Assembly (NCBI GenBank): GCA_963799485.1
Contig: CAWCXJ010000006.1
Span: 384,001-448,000, forward strand
Direction: 5' to 3'
From: an uncultured Trueperaceae bacterium
GTDB lineage: Bacteria; Deinococcota; Deinococci; Deinococcales; Trueperaceae
Length of the DNA stretch: 64,000 bases
Positions within the stretch are counted from its first letter, which is position 1. Every line of letters begins with the position of its first letter. Position numbers and translations under genes: made by a program. Below, piece after piece: positions 22,516 to 32,444 of the stretch. A model generated the notes under the pieces. The model saw nothing but the letters and a program-made list of their open reading frames with translations. It searched no databases and was not told the DNA's origin.

Positions 22516-23384
22516 GTCAGCTCCTGCGGCGCAAGTTGCGCGGCTGCAAAACCCCACAGCTCCCACTCGGTCTCGAGCGGTGTCCCGACCTGTACGCGAA
22601 TCTGCGTGAGCAGTTCAGTCACGTCGGCAGCGGTTGCGCCGCCTAAATTGACGATAAAGTTGCCGTGTTCAGCCGAGACCCGCGCCTGCCCGACCTGCAA
22701 GCCTTTAAGCCCGGCGGCGTCGATCAGGCGTCCGGCGCTGTCGCCGGGTGGGTTTTTGAACGCACAACCCGCGGACTTCGTTTTGGGTTGACCGCGGCGG
22801 GCCGCGTCGACTTGCCCGAGTCTCGCCCGCACCCGTTCCGGTGACGAGGGGGTGAGCTCGAGCCGGACGCGGGTGATGATCGCGCCCGGCGGCAGGTGGC
22901 TACGCCGGTACGAGAGCCCCAGCGCGTCAGCGGGCAGACGGTGGATTTTTCTATCTACCAACAGTTCGACCTCGCGGAGCGTGTCCGACAGGTCGCCAAA
23001 CCGTGTTCCGGCGTTCATGGCGACTGCGCCGCCTAAAACAGCGGGGACGCCTAAAAGGCCCTCCAAACCCGACCAGCCGGCTTCCGCTGCCCGCCGTACG
23101 AGCCCCGGCAGCGGCGTCGCTGCCCCCAACCACACGTCCGGGTTTGCGCCGAACGTGCTGACGTCGTTAAAGCTGCGCCCCAGCTTGACGACGCGCTCTC
23201 TAACCCCGCTGTCGGCAACGAGCAGGTTCGACCCGGCCCCCAGTACGCGGTAGGGTTCACGGGTGGCCTCGGCAAGCTCGGTTTCGTTCTCGACCGTCCA
23301 CACCTCGGCTTCACCGCCGACGCCGAGCGTCGTCAGCCTGCTTAAGGCGATCCATCTAGTCAAGCCCTCACGCACTGCCGTCAT
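22503..23384 (-). CDS. murB: UDP-N-acetylmuramate dehydrogenase
   Basis: TTLGVGG, LGAGSNLL, MNAG, SAGCAFKNP, HGNFIVN. Confidence 0.95.
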   Translation of the reverse strand: MTAVREGLTRWIALSRLTTLGVGGEAEVWTVENETELAEATREPYRVLGAGSNLLVADSGVRERVVKLGRSFNDVSTFGANPDVWLGAATPLPGLVRRAAEAGWSGLEGLLGVPAVLGGAVAMNAGTRFGDLSDTLREVELLVDRKIHRLPADALGLSYRRSHLPPGAIITRVRLELTPSSPERVRARLGQVDAARRGQPKTKSAGCAFKNPPGDSAGRLIDAAGLKGLQVGQARVSAEHGNFIVNLGGATAADVTELLTQIRVQVGTPLETEWELWGFAAAQLAPQELTCSA

Positions 23385-24744
23385 CCCCTCCGGCGGTAGC
23401 GACGAGCCCTTCGGCAACCCGCCACACGTCGCCCGCCCCGAGCGTGATAATGAGGTCGCCGGAGGCCAGCGTCTCGCTCAGGTAACTTTGCGCGGCGTCG
23501 GCGCTCATCAGGTCGGCGGTGCTGCCGGCTGCCCGGAGGCGTTCGACGATCTGCGCCGAAGACACGCCGGGAATCGCCGCTTCGCCCGCGCCGTAAATGT
23601 CGAGAACCAGGATTTCATCGGCGAGCGCGGCAGCGTCGGCAAGGGCGGCCCAGTGGCGTGCGGTGCGAACCCAGCGGTGCGGTTGCAAAACGGCCCGCAC
23701 GCGGCGTCCGGTGTTACGGGCCGCCTCCAGCGTGACCTGCACCTCGGTCGGGTGATGCGCGTAATCGTCGATGACGAGCGCACCCCGGACGCTGCCCATA
23801 CGCTGCCAGCGCCGTCCGACGCCGCTAAAGGTACCCAAGTGTTCGGCGGCAGCCTGTAGGTCAAGGCCTGCCAGATGCGCTACAGCCAGCGCCGCCGCCG
23901 CATTCTGGACGTTGTGCGTGCCGGGGATCAGCAGTTTGACGTCGCAGCTTTCGCCGGGTGCACGGAAGGTAAAGGTGCTGCTCTGCTCGGAAAGCTCATG
24001 AACCTCGGCGCGGTAGGTCGCGTTTTCGCTCAGGCCGTAAGAGACCGTTTCCTGAACGCCGTCTAAAACGTCCGCCAGTCCGGGCCAATCGGCGCAGTAG
24101 AGTACCTGTTTGGCGCGCGCGGCAAAAGCGCGGGCCGCATCTTCCAGATCGCTCAAACTCGCATGGTAGTTGCGCCTTTCACTAAACTCGCCGGCGATGT
24201 GGTCGTCCTCTAAGTTCGTCACCACGGCAACCTCCGAGGTGAGTTCGGCAAAACCGGGGTCGGATTCGTCTACTTCAGCGATCAGCCACGCGCCGTGCCC
24301 GTACCGGACGTTGCTGCCCAAACTCGCCAGCTGTCCGCCGATAAGCACCGACGGGTCGAGGTTCGCTTTGAGAAAAAGCGTCGCAATCATCCCGGTCGTC
24401 GTGCTTTTGCCGTGGGTGCCTGTGACCGCTACACCCCGCCGAGCTGCTAGCAGTTGCGCCAGGAGTTCGATACGGCGCCGCGACGGTTTGCCCTGCTGCG
24501 CGGCAGCCTGAACTTCCGGGTGGGTGGTCGGTACGGCGGTGCTGCTGACTAAGATGTCGGCGTGGTCTACGTGGCTGGCACTGTGGCCCAGACACGCCTC
24601 GACGCCCTGACGCCGAAGCGTCTGGAGTTCGGGACTGTCGAGGGCGTCGCAGCCCGAAACCGGGTAGCCGTCGGCCAAGTACCAGCGGGCGAGCCCGCTC
24701 ATGCCGACCCCGGCGATACCCATAAAGTGAAGATGGGGTTTCAT
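23368..24744 (-). CDS. murC: UDP-N-acetylmuramate--L-alanine ligase
   Basis: HFMGIAGVGMS, GTHGKSTTT, DDYAHHPTE, QPHR. Confidence 0.96.
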   Translation of the reverse strand: MKPHLHFMGIAGVGMSGLARWYLADGYPVSGCDALDSPELQTLRRQGVEACLGHSASHVDHADILVSSTAVPTTHPEVQAAAQQGKPSRRRIELLAQLLAARRGVAVTGTHGKSTTTGMIATLFLKANLDPSVLIGGQLASLGSNVRYGHGAWLIAEVDESDPGFAELTSEVAVVTNLEDDHIAGEFSERRNYHASLSDLEDAARAFAARAKQVLYCADWPGLADVLDGVQETVSYGLSENATYRAEVHELSEQSSTFTFRAPGESCDVKLLIPGTHNVQNAAAALAVAHLAGLDLQAAAEHLGTFSGVGRRWQRMGSVRGALVIDDYAHHPTEVQVTLEAARNTGRRVRAVLQPHRWVRTARHWAALADAAALADEILVLDIYGAGEAAIPGVSSAQIVERLRAAGSTADLMSADAAQSYLSETLASGDLIITLGAGDVWRVAEGLVATAGGDDGSA

Positions 24745-25841
24745 AACGTCTCCTGCATCTGCGTTTGGCGGCCTGTAGAGGCCTCGAGGTTGCGCTCGAC
24801 GAGTCCTGCGAGGCGTGCGGCGGCTCCTGCGGGGGAGCGCGAAAGCGCTCCCCCGCTCATCTCTTTGCGCGTGCGCGTGTCCAGCAGCTCTGCCCAGGCT
24901 TGGGTAAGCGCCTCTAACGACTTCTCTTCAACGGCGATACCCGCACCGGCTTTTTCAACGGCCTTGGCGTTATAGAGCTGATGGTTTTCAGCCGCCGTCG
25001 GTAGCGGCACCATCACGAGCGGCACACCGTGAAAGGCGGCCTCGGCAAGTGTGCCGTTGCCGCTTCGGGTGATACCCAGGTCGGCTGCCGACCACGCTAA
25101 CACGCCCTCCAGGTAGCCGTCCACCCGGTAATTCGCCAAACCCTGGGCTCCTCGGCGCGTGGTCTCCAAGTTCGCCGGACCGCTGCTGTGAAGGACGAAC
25201 AGGTCGTTTTTAGCCGTTTCCGGTAGCGCGGTAAATGCTTTTGGGACGGCTTGATTAAGAACCACAGAACCTTGCGACCCGCCCATGACCAGCGTCAGAA
25301 TCCCCGCTTCGGGCAACCCCAGGCGGCGACGCGCCGTAAGCTTATCGACGCGGGCTTCGCGTACCGGTAAGCCCACGGGTTCGACCTCGGCGCTGAGGTG
25401 CGCGCCCGTTTCAGCCGCCGCAACCGCGACGAACCGTGCGCCGCCCGCGAACCAGCGCACGACTTTGCCGGGGAAGACGTTTTGCTCGTGCAGGGCGTAG
25501 GGGAGACCTAAAACTCTGGCGGCAGCGAGCGCCGGAAAACTGGCAAAACCGCCGAACCCCAGCACGAGCCCCGGACGCAGCCGCCGTAAAACCGTCACCG
25601 CGTCGCTGAGGCCGAGTCCAGCCCTCAATGCTTGCCGGGGATCGGGACGGCCCCGGTGCCATTTGCCGGCCCGAACACCGTAAAAGGGGAGCCCTTCGGC
25701 GGGAATGGCACGCGCCTCGAGCCCCCCCGCTTGCCCAACAAACACCACGCGAAACCCCCGCCGCGCCAGCTCGTGCGCCGTGGCTACAGCCGGGTAGATA
25801 TGCCCGCCCGTACCGCCGGTCGCCAGCACGACGAGGCTCAC
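24741..25841 (-). CDS. murG: lipid I GlcNAc transferase
   Basis: GGTGGHIYP, HEQN, GGSQGS, HQLYNA. Confidence 0.96.
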   Translation of the reverse strand: MSLVVLATGGTGGHIYPAVATAHELARRGFRVVFVGQAGGLEARAIPAEGLPFYGVRAGKWHRGRPDPRQALRAGLGLSDAVTVLRRLRPGLVLGFGGFASFPALAAARVLGLPYALHEQNVFPGKVVRWFAGGARFVAVAAAETGAHLSAEVEPVGLPVREARVDKLTARRRLGLPEAGILTLVMGGSQGSVVLNQAVPKAFTALPETAKNDLFVLHSSGPANLETTRRGAQGLANYRVDGYLEGVLAWSAADLGITRSGNGTLAEAAFHGVPLVMVPLPTAAENHQLYNAKAVEKAGAGIAVEEKSLEALTQAWAELLDTRTRKEMSGGALSRSPAGAAARLAGLVERNLEASTGRQTQMQETL

Positions 25842-26932
25842 GCACGCACCTGTGGTGCAGGTGTTTGGCTGGCTTCAGGCTGCGCGGCCTGCACCTGTGA
25901 ACGCGCGGCGCGGTGCGCGGCGTGCAAAAAGCCGAGCGCAATAGCGACTGAAATAAGGCTGTTAAAGCCGTAAGAGACGAACGGCAGCGGCACCCCGGTA
26001 ACAGGCAGAATTCTAGCGGCGACCAGCAGGTTGAGCCCGGCTTGACCACAGACGTAGGTCGTCGCGCCGATAGCTAAAAGTGCGCCGGGGCCGGTGACTC
26101 GAGAGGCGATCTGAACGCCGCGCAGCGCGATAAAAAGGTAGAGCGCAAAAAGCGTCGCCGTCCCGACCAAGCCGAGGGCGTGGCCTACTGAAATCGCAAT
26201 CATATCGGTGTCTCTGGCTGGCAAATAGTAGGGTTGTCCGGCCCCAACCCCGACGAGCCCGCCGCCGCGCAGGTACGTCTCGGCGCGGTCGGCTTGATAG
26301 TTGACGTCCGCCGACGCTGCGTTGTCCAGCATACCGAGGTACCCTTTTATCCGCTGGGCGAGGTACGGGTACTCGGCGTTGAGCTGCGGCACGACGAACA
26401 CGGTGACGAGTACGGCGACCAGCAGATTGAGCCGTACAAGTCGCCAGACGGTGGTTCCGGCGGCGATCATAATGGCGAGTCCCAGAAAGAAGATAAAGAT
26501 GGCGGTGCTGACGTTGGGTTCGGCCAAGATGAGGCCGACGGCGATGCTGATCAGCACCATCGGTCGCCACACCTGAAAGCTGCTCAGATGGTTGTGAAAA
26601 AATGCGGTCAGGTAGGCGATAACGGCGACCTTCATCAGTTCGGAAGGCTGCAGGGTAAAAAAGCCCAGGTCGAGCCAGCGTTTGGCCTCGCTCCCGTCAG
26701 GCGAAACGCCGACGAAAAGTACGAGAAAGAGCAAGGCCAAAACGGTTAAGAAAAAGCCGGTGCTGAGGCGCACGACCCTTTGCGGAGAGATGCGCGAGAC
26801 GATGAAGGTGAGAATGACAGCCAGCGCCACGCGCCAAAAGTGATCGAAGGCGGCGTCCGGATTGGCGGTTGCTACGCCGAGCACGCCGAGCACGCCGAGG
26901 GTCAGCTGTGCGGCTAGGAGGAGAGGATCCAC
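25838..26932 (-). CDS. ftsW: FtsW/RodA/SpoVE SEDS protein
   Basis: AKRWLDLG..LQPSELMK, PVTGVPLPFVSYG. Confidence 0.93.
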   Translation of the reverse strand: MDPLLLAAQLTLGVLGVLGVATANPDAAFDHFWRVALAVILTFIVSRISPQRVVRLSTGFFLTVLALLFLVLFVGVSPDGSEAKRWLDLGFFTLQPSELMKVAVIAYLTAFFHNHLSSFQVWRPMVLISIAVGLILAEPNVSTAIFIFFLGLAIMIAAGTTVWRLVRLNLLVAVLVTVFVVPQLNAEYPYLAQRIKGYLGMLDNAASADVNYQADRAETYLRGGGLVGVGAGQPYYLPARDTDMIAISVGHALGLVGTATLFALYLFIALRGVQIASRVTGPGALLAIGATTYVCGQAGLNLLVAARILPVTGVPLPFVSYGFNSLISVAIALGFLHAAHRAARSQVQAAQPEASQTPAPQVRA

Positions 26933-28299
26933 GGCACCCTTTCTGCAACACTGTTTGCGGCAACCCGGTCTGTAACCTGCCTAACGGCCCGCCGAAAGGC
27001 GTCGGCTCGAGCCCGGTAGTCGCTGAACTGGTCGAACGAGGCGGCGAGCGGGGCCAGCAGCACCGTGCCGCCTGTTTCGGATAAGGTAGCGGCAGCCAGC
27101 GTAACAGCCTCTTGCAGCGCGCTTTCGCCGTCTTTCGTCTCGATATAGTGCGTGTTCGTCCACGCAGCAATCTTTTCGGTAAACCCTCGGCCCGCTTCAC
27201 CCAAACCAATACAGAGGACGACTCGAGCCCGCACCAAAGACTCTAAAGGTGCTAAATCGGCTCCCTTATCCTGCCCCCCGACGAGCCAGACGACAGGCGC
27301 GGGCGTCGCCTCAAGTGCGGCCAAAACGGAGAGCGTGCGGGTAGCCACCGAATCTTCGATAAACCGGACGCCGGCAGCTTCGGCGACCAGGCTGTAACGT
27401 CCGGGAACACCGCCGAAGGTAACGAGTCCGGCGCGTATCGTGGCAGCGTCCAGCCCCCTAGCCGACGCCGCGAGAGAAACCGCGAGAGCGTTCATCAGGT
27501 GATGCTGCCCGGAAAGCTGCAGCTCGGACGCCCCGACGAGCGGCGCGCCGTGCAGCATTAGGGTGTCACCCTCCAGATACGCCTCGGCCCGGGAGTCGTG
27601 CGCCGAAAAACCCCAAGTTCGTGCCCCTGAGTCGGCGGCCCAGCCGCGCAAAACCGGGTCGTCTTGGTTGTACACGAGGGTCTCTGCCCCGGTCAGGTGC
27701 GTGATGAGGTTTCGTTTGGCAGCGTGATACGCCGCTACCGTCCCGTGCCGGTCCAAATGGTCAGTGCCCAGGTTGAGAAGCGCTGCGACCTTTGGTTTGA
27801 GGGTCGGGCAACGCTCGAGCTGAAACGACGAGAGCTCGGTGACGAGCGTTGCACCCGCTTCGGCGACGGTGGCCAAAGCCGGATCGACGTTGCCGCCTGC
27901 AGGTGCGTTTAAGCCTGCACGGGTAAGCACGTGCGAGAGCCAGCGGGTGGTGGTCGTTTTGCCTGCGGTGCCGGTAATCCCGATGATATCGGCGGGAACG
28001 CTGCGGTAGACCCATTCGACCTCGCCGATGGTCTCGCGCCCCCTTGCCCGCAGCGCCACCAAGTCGGGTGCGCCGTAAGGAACGCCGGGCGCGGCGATAC
28101 ATAAGTCGAAGTGTGCGCCGGCAGGTGCAGAAAGCGGCGTATCCGTGCGGCGACAACCGAGTGCGCTCAGCTCATCACCTTGAGGCGCAGCTGCGTCATA
28201 CGTCCACACTTCGTGACCCTGCCGCCGTAAAAGCTGCGCCACCGCGCTGCCGCTCCGCCCGAGACCGTAAACGAGTACGTTTTGCTGCGCCTTGTTCAC
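26914..28299 (-). CDS. murD: UDP-MurNAc-L-Ala--D-glutamate ligase
   Basis: GLGRSG, ITGTAGKTTT, ELSSFQL, DHLDRH, ASFDQF. Confidence 0.96.
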   Translation of the reverse strand: MNKAQQNVLVYGLGRSGSAVAQLLRRQGHEVWTYDAAAPQGDELSALGCRRTDTPLSAPAGAHFDLCIAAPGVPYGAPDLVALRARGRETIGEVEWVYRSVPADIIGITGTAGKTTTTRWLSHVLTRAGLNAPAGGNVDPALATVAEAGATLVTELSSFQLERCPTLKPKVAALLNLGTDHLDRHGTVAAYHAAKRNLITHLTGAETLVYNQDDPVLRGWAADSGARTWGFSAHDSRAEAYLEGDTLMLHGAPLVGASELQLSGQHHLMNALAVSLAASARGLDAATIRAGLVTFGGVPGRYSLVAEAAGVRFIEDSVATRTLSVLAALEATPAPVVWLVGGQDKGADLAPLESLVRARVVLCIGLGEAGRGFTEKIAAWTNTHYIETKDGESALQEAVTLAAATLSETGGTVLLAPLAASFDQFSDYRARADAFRRAVRQVTDRVAANSVAERVPWILSS

Positions 28300-29270
28300 T
28301 GCAAGCCGCCCTTAAGCCCCCAGGCCAGCCCGACGCAGACCGCCGTGACGAGCCAGAACCGGAACGTGACCAGGGTTTCAGGCCAACCCGACTTTTCAAA
28401 GTGGTGATGCAGCGGCGCCATCTTGAAAAACTTTTTGCCCCCCGTAAACCGGAAGTAAGGCACCTGAATCATGACCGAAACGACCTCGAGCAGCGGCACG
28501 AAGGCAATCAGCGGCAACCACCAGCCCCAGCCCGCCAAGATTGCAGTTCCGGCTATCGCTGCACCTAACGCTTCCGAACCGACGCCGCCCATAAACACCC
28601 GCGCCGGGTGGACGTTAAACCACAAAAAGCCTAACAAGGCCCCGACGAGCGCCCCGACAAAACTCACCCCGATAAAAGGCAGCAGGATCAGCGCCGCCAT
28701 CCCCCCGGCAAGCCCGTCCAACCCGTCGCTGAAGTTGAGCGCGTTGATGGTGCCGACGATGATAAACATAAACCCGAGCGTATCGATCAGCCCCGGCCCG
28801 AGCAGGTCTTGACCGTTGCGAACGGCGTAAATGGCAAAAGGTAGCGCCGCAAGTGCCTGAACGAGCAGCCGGTAACGCGCCAGGACGCCCGTCGTCAGGT
28901 CGAGTGTAGGTCGTTTGGGTTCGGTTTCAACCTTGTCCTCACCGGGTTCAGGGTCGGGTTTTGCGGTAACGACCACGACGCGCCGTTTTTTACGCAGCGC
29001 GGTAAGGTCGTCTAAAAGCCCTAATCCTGCGACGGCGAGCGTCAGGAGCGCCACGGCGAGGCTGTCGACGCCGGGGCTGCCGAAAAAAAGCCAGGTGAGA
29101 AGCGCGGCGAGTAAAAACGCGGCCCCACCCATCGTCGGGGTTCCGGCTTTGGCGAGGTGCGTTTCAGGCCCGTCCGGGCGGACGTCTTTGCCAAAGCCGT
29201 AACGCGGCGCGAGCTGAATAAAGGTGCCGACGAACAGCAGTGACAACAGGGCGGAGACGAGGATAATCAC
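28296..29270 (-). CDS. mraY: phospho-N-acetylmuramoyl-pentapeptide transferase
   Basis: KAGTPTMGG, NFSDGLDGL, FMG, MAPLHHHFE. Confidence 0.96.
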   Translation of the reverse strand: MIILVSALLSLLFVGTFIQLAPRYGFGKDVRPDGPETHLAKAGTPTMGGAAFLLAALLTWLFFGSPGVDSLAVALLTLAVAGLGLLDDLTALRKKRRVVVVTAKPDPEPGEDKVETEPKRPTLDLTTGVLARYRLLVQALAALPFAIYAVRNGQDLLGPGLIDTLGFMFIIVGTINALNFSDGLDGLAGGMAALILLPFIGVSFVGALVGALLGFLWFNVHPARVFMGGVGSEALGAAIAGTAILAGWGWWLPLIAFVPLLEVVSVMIQVPYFRFTGGKKFFKMAPLHHHFEKSGWPETLVTFRFWLVTAVCVGLAWGLKGGLQ

Positions 29271-30595
29271 GCGCCGACCTCTTTACTTGCTGCCAGCAGC
29301 GCGGACACGAGGCGCTCGAGCCGCATTCCCCTCGAGCCCTTGACGAGCAGCGTGCCGTGTTCGGGGAGTTCAACCAAAAGCTTTTCCAGGTCGAACGTGT
29401 CGAAGTAGCGTGCGGCTGGGTTTCCTTCCTTTAGCGCCAGCATCTCCGGCCCTACGGCGACAACCTTGTCGAGTCCCAGTGTCTGCTCACCGAGTTCGCT
29501 ATGAAACCGCGCCGAGTCGGGGCCGAGCTCGAGCATGTCGCCCAGGATTGCCGTGTGGGGTCTGGGAAAGTGTTTTAAGGTCTCGAGTGCTGCGGTTGCC
29601 GAGGCGGGATTGCTGTTATACGAATCGTCGAGCAGGGTCAGCGGCCCTAACCGGTGGATTTGCAGGCGTCCGGGCTCGAGTTTCGCGCGCGCTAAACGGG
29701 TTGCCGTAACCTCCAAATCGTCACCTAGATGCGCCGCCAGCGCGAGCGCGGCGAGTGCACCCGCGGCGAGCGCCGCCCCGACAAAGGGCAGCCTGACCTG
29801 AACGCCCAACGCGGTCAGCGTTTGACCTGCCGGCGAAACGTCTGAGATCGTCCCGGTAACGTCGGCGTCTTTCAGCCCGTAAGTCGTGACTTTACGGCGC
29901 TGCGAGGCGCTTAAAAAAGCTGCGGCTTGCGCGCTGACCAGCGCGTAGTCGGCGGCGTCTACCAGCTTGAGCTTTTCGCGGGCAACGCCCGCGACGCTCC
30001 CCAAACCCGCCAGATGGCTCGGCGCGATAAGCGTCAAAACGGCGTGCGTAGGTTGAGCGAGCTGCAACAGGGTGTCCATCTCACCGGGGTGATCGACGCC
30101 TAACTCGAGGACGAGCCTTGCACGTTCACCCGTCCGGCTCTTTGTAGCTGCATCTATCAAGGTCTGCGCGAGCGCGAACGGCGTGTTGAAATTGCCCGGG
30201 GTTATTCCCGCCCCCAAAGCAGCGCCTAGAAATGCCTTGCAGGTCGTTTTACCCGCCGACCCCGTAACCCCGACGACCGTACCGTAAAATGTGCGGCGGG
30301 CGTCGGCTCCGAGTGCCAGCAAAAGCCCTGCCGGGTCGGGAACCGTGACACCCCGTGGATGTGGCCTGTCCGACACAATGTAGGCCGCGCCTGCCCCTAA
30401 AGCAGCGCCCGCATAGGTAAGGCCGTGTTCCGCAGCACCGGGAAGCGCAAAAAAAGCGTCCCCGGGACGGACGCGGCGGCTGTGGAAGCTGACGCCGGTC
30501 GCGCCGGGGAGACCCGGCGCAGCCACGCCACCGCCCCGTTCGGCGAGTCTGCCGGGTTCCAGGTTGTACGGTTCTACTATTAACTCTTCCGGCAC
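29267..30595 (-). CDS. murF: UDP-MurNAc-tripeptide--D-Ala-D-Ala ligase
   Basis: VTGSAGKTT, GNFN, ELGVDHPGE, DDSYNSNP, GDMLELG, KGSRG. Confidence 0.93.
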   Translation of the reverse strand: MPEELIVEPYNLEPGRLAERGGGVAAPGLPGATGVSFHSRRVRPGDAFFALPGAAEHGLTYAGAALGAGAAYIVSDRPHPRGVTVPDPAGLLLALGADARRTFYGTVVGVTGSAGKTTCKAFLGAALGAGITPGNFNTPFALAQTLIDAATKSRTGERARLVLELGVDHPGEMDTLLQLAQPTHAVLTLIAPSHLAGLGSVAGVAREKLKLVDAADYALVSAQAAAFLSASQRRKVTTYGLKDADVTGTISDVSPAGQTLTALGVQVRLPFVGAALAAGALAALALAAHLGDDLEVTATRLARAKLEPGRLQIHRLGPLTLLDDSYNSNPASATAALETLKHFPRPHTAILGDMLELGPDSARFHSELGEQTLGLDKVVAVGPEMLALKEGNPAARYFDTFDLEKLLVELPEHGTLLVKGSRGMRLERLVSALLAASKEVGA

Positions 30596-30632
30596 GTACC
30601 CCTCCAGCTCCCTCGGTTTAGCTGCCCTAGTG

Positions 30633-30656
30633 TGAGCATTATACGCATAATGCTCA
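30633..30656. promoter_or_regulatory. perfect inverted repeat containing a TATAAT -10 upstream of murF
   Basis: TGAGCATTAT-ACGC-ATAATGCTCA; minus-strand TATAAT at 30638-30643. Confidence 0.6.
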
Positions 30657-30672
30657 TCATACGCTGCTGAAG

Positions 30673-32133
30673 TTAGCGGCCCGCGAGCGCCGCTTCATCC
30701 CACAGTGCCACCGCCTGCGAACCGATCCGGCGAAACGCCGGGGCCGTCACCGAAACGCTCAGCGCCCCCTCTTCTTTGACGCGTTGCAGGTACATGACGC
30801 CGATGACTCTGGGGTCTTCTGCCGGAAAAATACCGGCAAACGACAAGGTTCCGGCGTCGATATATTCGCCCTTGTCGATGTCGAACAAGTCGGCGCTGCC
30901 GGACTTGCCGGCAACCTTGACACCGGGAATTTTCGCGTCTTTAAGGCCGCTGTTCTCAACCGTATAGGTAAGCATCCCCAAAACAGTGCGGGCTACGGCG
31001 GGGTCCAGCACCTGCTTTGCGGCGACTTTACCTACTTCCGATTCGACGACTTGCGGCGTCACGTAACGTCCGTCGTTGGCGAAAATGCTGTAGGCCGCCG
31101 CGAGTTGCAGCGCCGTCGCCGACATGCTCTGACCGATCACCGCCGAGGCGTGGTCTTGCGGCACCCACGTATCGGGCGGATTGATAATGCCCGGCGCGCT
31201 GCTTACAAAGCTGGTGCCGACCCTTTGCCCGAAGCCGTAACGGTAGTACCAGGCTGCGAGTTCTGCCGAAGTAAAGCGTTCGCCGAGTTCGATCATGCCG
31301 ACGTTCGACGAGTAGCGCAAGATGTCCTTAACGGCCAGGGTCGGTTCGTGCACGGTCACGTCAGTGAAGACTTTACTGCCGACGCGCCGCTGCATCTCGA
31401 CCTTGAGCACCTCGTTTGCCCGGAGTTTACGGTCTTGCAGCAAGGCCGCGACGACAAAGGGCTTCATAACCGAACCGGGTTCTACAGACGCCATCATCGG
31501 GGTGTTACCGATCACATTTCGATCGGCTCCGAGCAGCGTTCCCTGGGTGTTGGGATCGAACGTCGGATACGAGGCGCTCGCCAAGATCCGGCCCGTTTTG
31601 GCCTCGAGCATTACCACCACGCCGTTTTTTGCGCCGTGCAGTTTAGCGGCGCGCGCGAGTTCAGTCTGGGCAATGCCCTGCAAGTCGGGGTCTAGGGTCA
31701 GCGTGACATCTTGCCCGGCCTGCAGTTTCGCGTCGAGTTTACGCTCCAAGCCTTCTAACCCGTAAGTTTTATCGGGCTGCTCGGCTCCGCTAAAACCGAT
31801 TAGCTGCGCCGCTAACGTGCCTTGTGGGTAGCTCCGCGTTTCGGCGGCACCTTCGGCTAAAACCGTACCGTCGGCAGCGTAGAGGGTACCGCGCGTGGGG
31901 GCTTCCGCCAGCAGCGGCGACGGGCTAGGCAGCCGCACGCCGGCTGCGGCGAAACCGTAGAGTGCGGCGAGCAGCGGCAGGGTCAAAAACAGCACGAAGA
32001 GCCAGCCACGCCGGAGGCGCAGTTCACCGTCTTGACCGCCCTGTGGTGCCGGGAGCGGCTGAACCCTGACTCTGGGGAGGGCGTGCGCGCGGCGGCGCGT
32101 CAGGTCGGGCGCATTAACAGGTCTTAACGCCAT
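30673..32133 (-). CDS. ftsI: class B penicillin-binding protein (FtsI-like)
   Basis: EPGSVMK (SxxK), SSN, KSG; dcw position. Confidence 0.88.
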   Translation of the reverse strand: MALRPVNAPDLTRRRAHALPRVRVQPLPAPQGGQDGELRLRRGWLFVLFLTLPLLAALYGFAAAGVRLPSPSPLLAEAPTRGTLYAADGTVLAEGAAETRSYPQGTLAAQLIGFSGAEQPDKTYGLEGLERKLDAKLQAGQDVTLTLDPDLQGIAQTELARAAKLHGAKNGVVVMLEAKTGRILASASYPTFDPNTQGTLLGADRNVIGNTPMMASVEPGSVMKPFVVAALLQDRKLRANEVLKVEMQRRVGSKVFTDVTVHEPTLAVKDILRYSSNVGMIELGERFTSAELAAWYYRYGFGQRVGTSFVSSAPGIINPPDTWVPQDHASAVIGQSMSATALQLAAAYSIFANDGRYVTPQVVESEVGKVAAKQVLDPAVARTVLGMLTYTVENSGLKDAKIPGVKVAGKSGSADLFDIDKGEYIDAGTLSFAGIFPAEDPRVIGVMYLQRVKEEGALSVSVTAPAFRRIGSQAVALWDEAALAGR

Positions 32134-32444
32134 AGGGTATACACCTCCAGCTCGCCCTGAGGCAGCACCACCGTAGGCGCGGGCGCAGGGTTGACTTCGC
32201 GGATGTTGAGCGCTTCGGGCGCGGGTACCATGCCGCGTGCCAGCGCCCAGTTACGGACGGCGAGGGTGCCGTTTACGCTCGCCGCGTCGCGGCGCAACCC
32301 TTGCAACTGCGCCTGCAGGGTTCTCTTTTGCTGCAACAGATATTCGTGCTGGTAATAGCCCCGCTGGTTTTGCACCCCCAGGTAGGCGAGCACCAGAAGC
32401 GCGCTGAGGTAGAGAGCGAGCAAGTTTCTGCTGGACCGGGTCAT
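32124..32444 (-). CDS. FtsL-like bitopic coiled-coil protein
   Basis: TM helix followed by heptad region; lies between rsmH and the PBP gene. Confidence 0.65.
   Translation of the reverse strand: MTRSSRNLLALYLSALLVLAYLGVQNQRGYYQHEYLLQQKRTLQAQLQGLRRDAASVNGTLAVRNWALARGMVPAPEALNIREVNPAPAPTVVLPQGELEVYTLWR

Noticed and set aside
28900..28990. Charged insertion in MraY
   Set aside because: Variable cytoplasmic loop; catalytic motifs intact
30640..30667. dif-like or loxP-like site (CGCATAATG)
   Set aside because: XerD arm and loxP arms do not match; better explained as a palindromic operator
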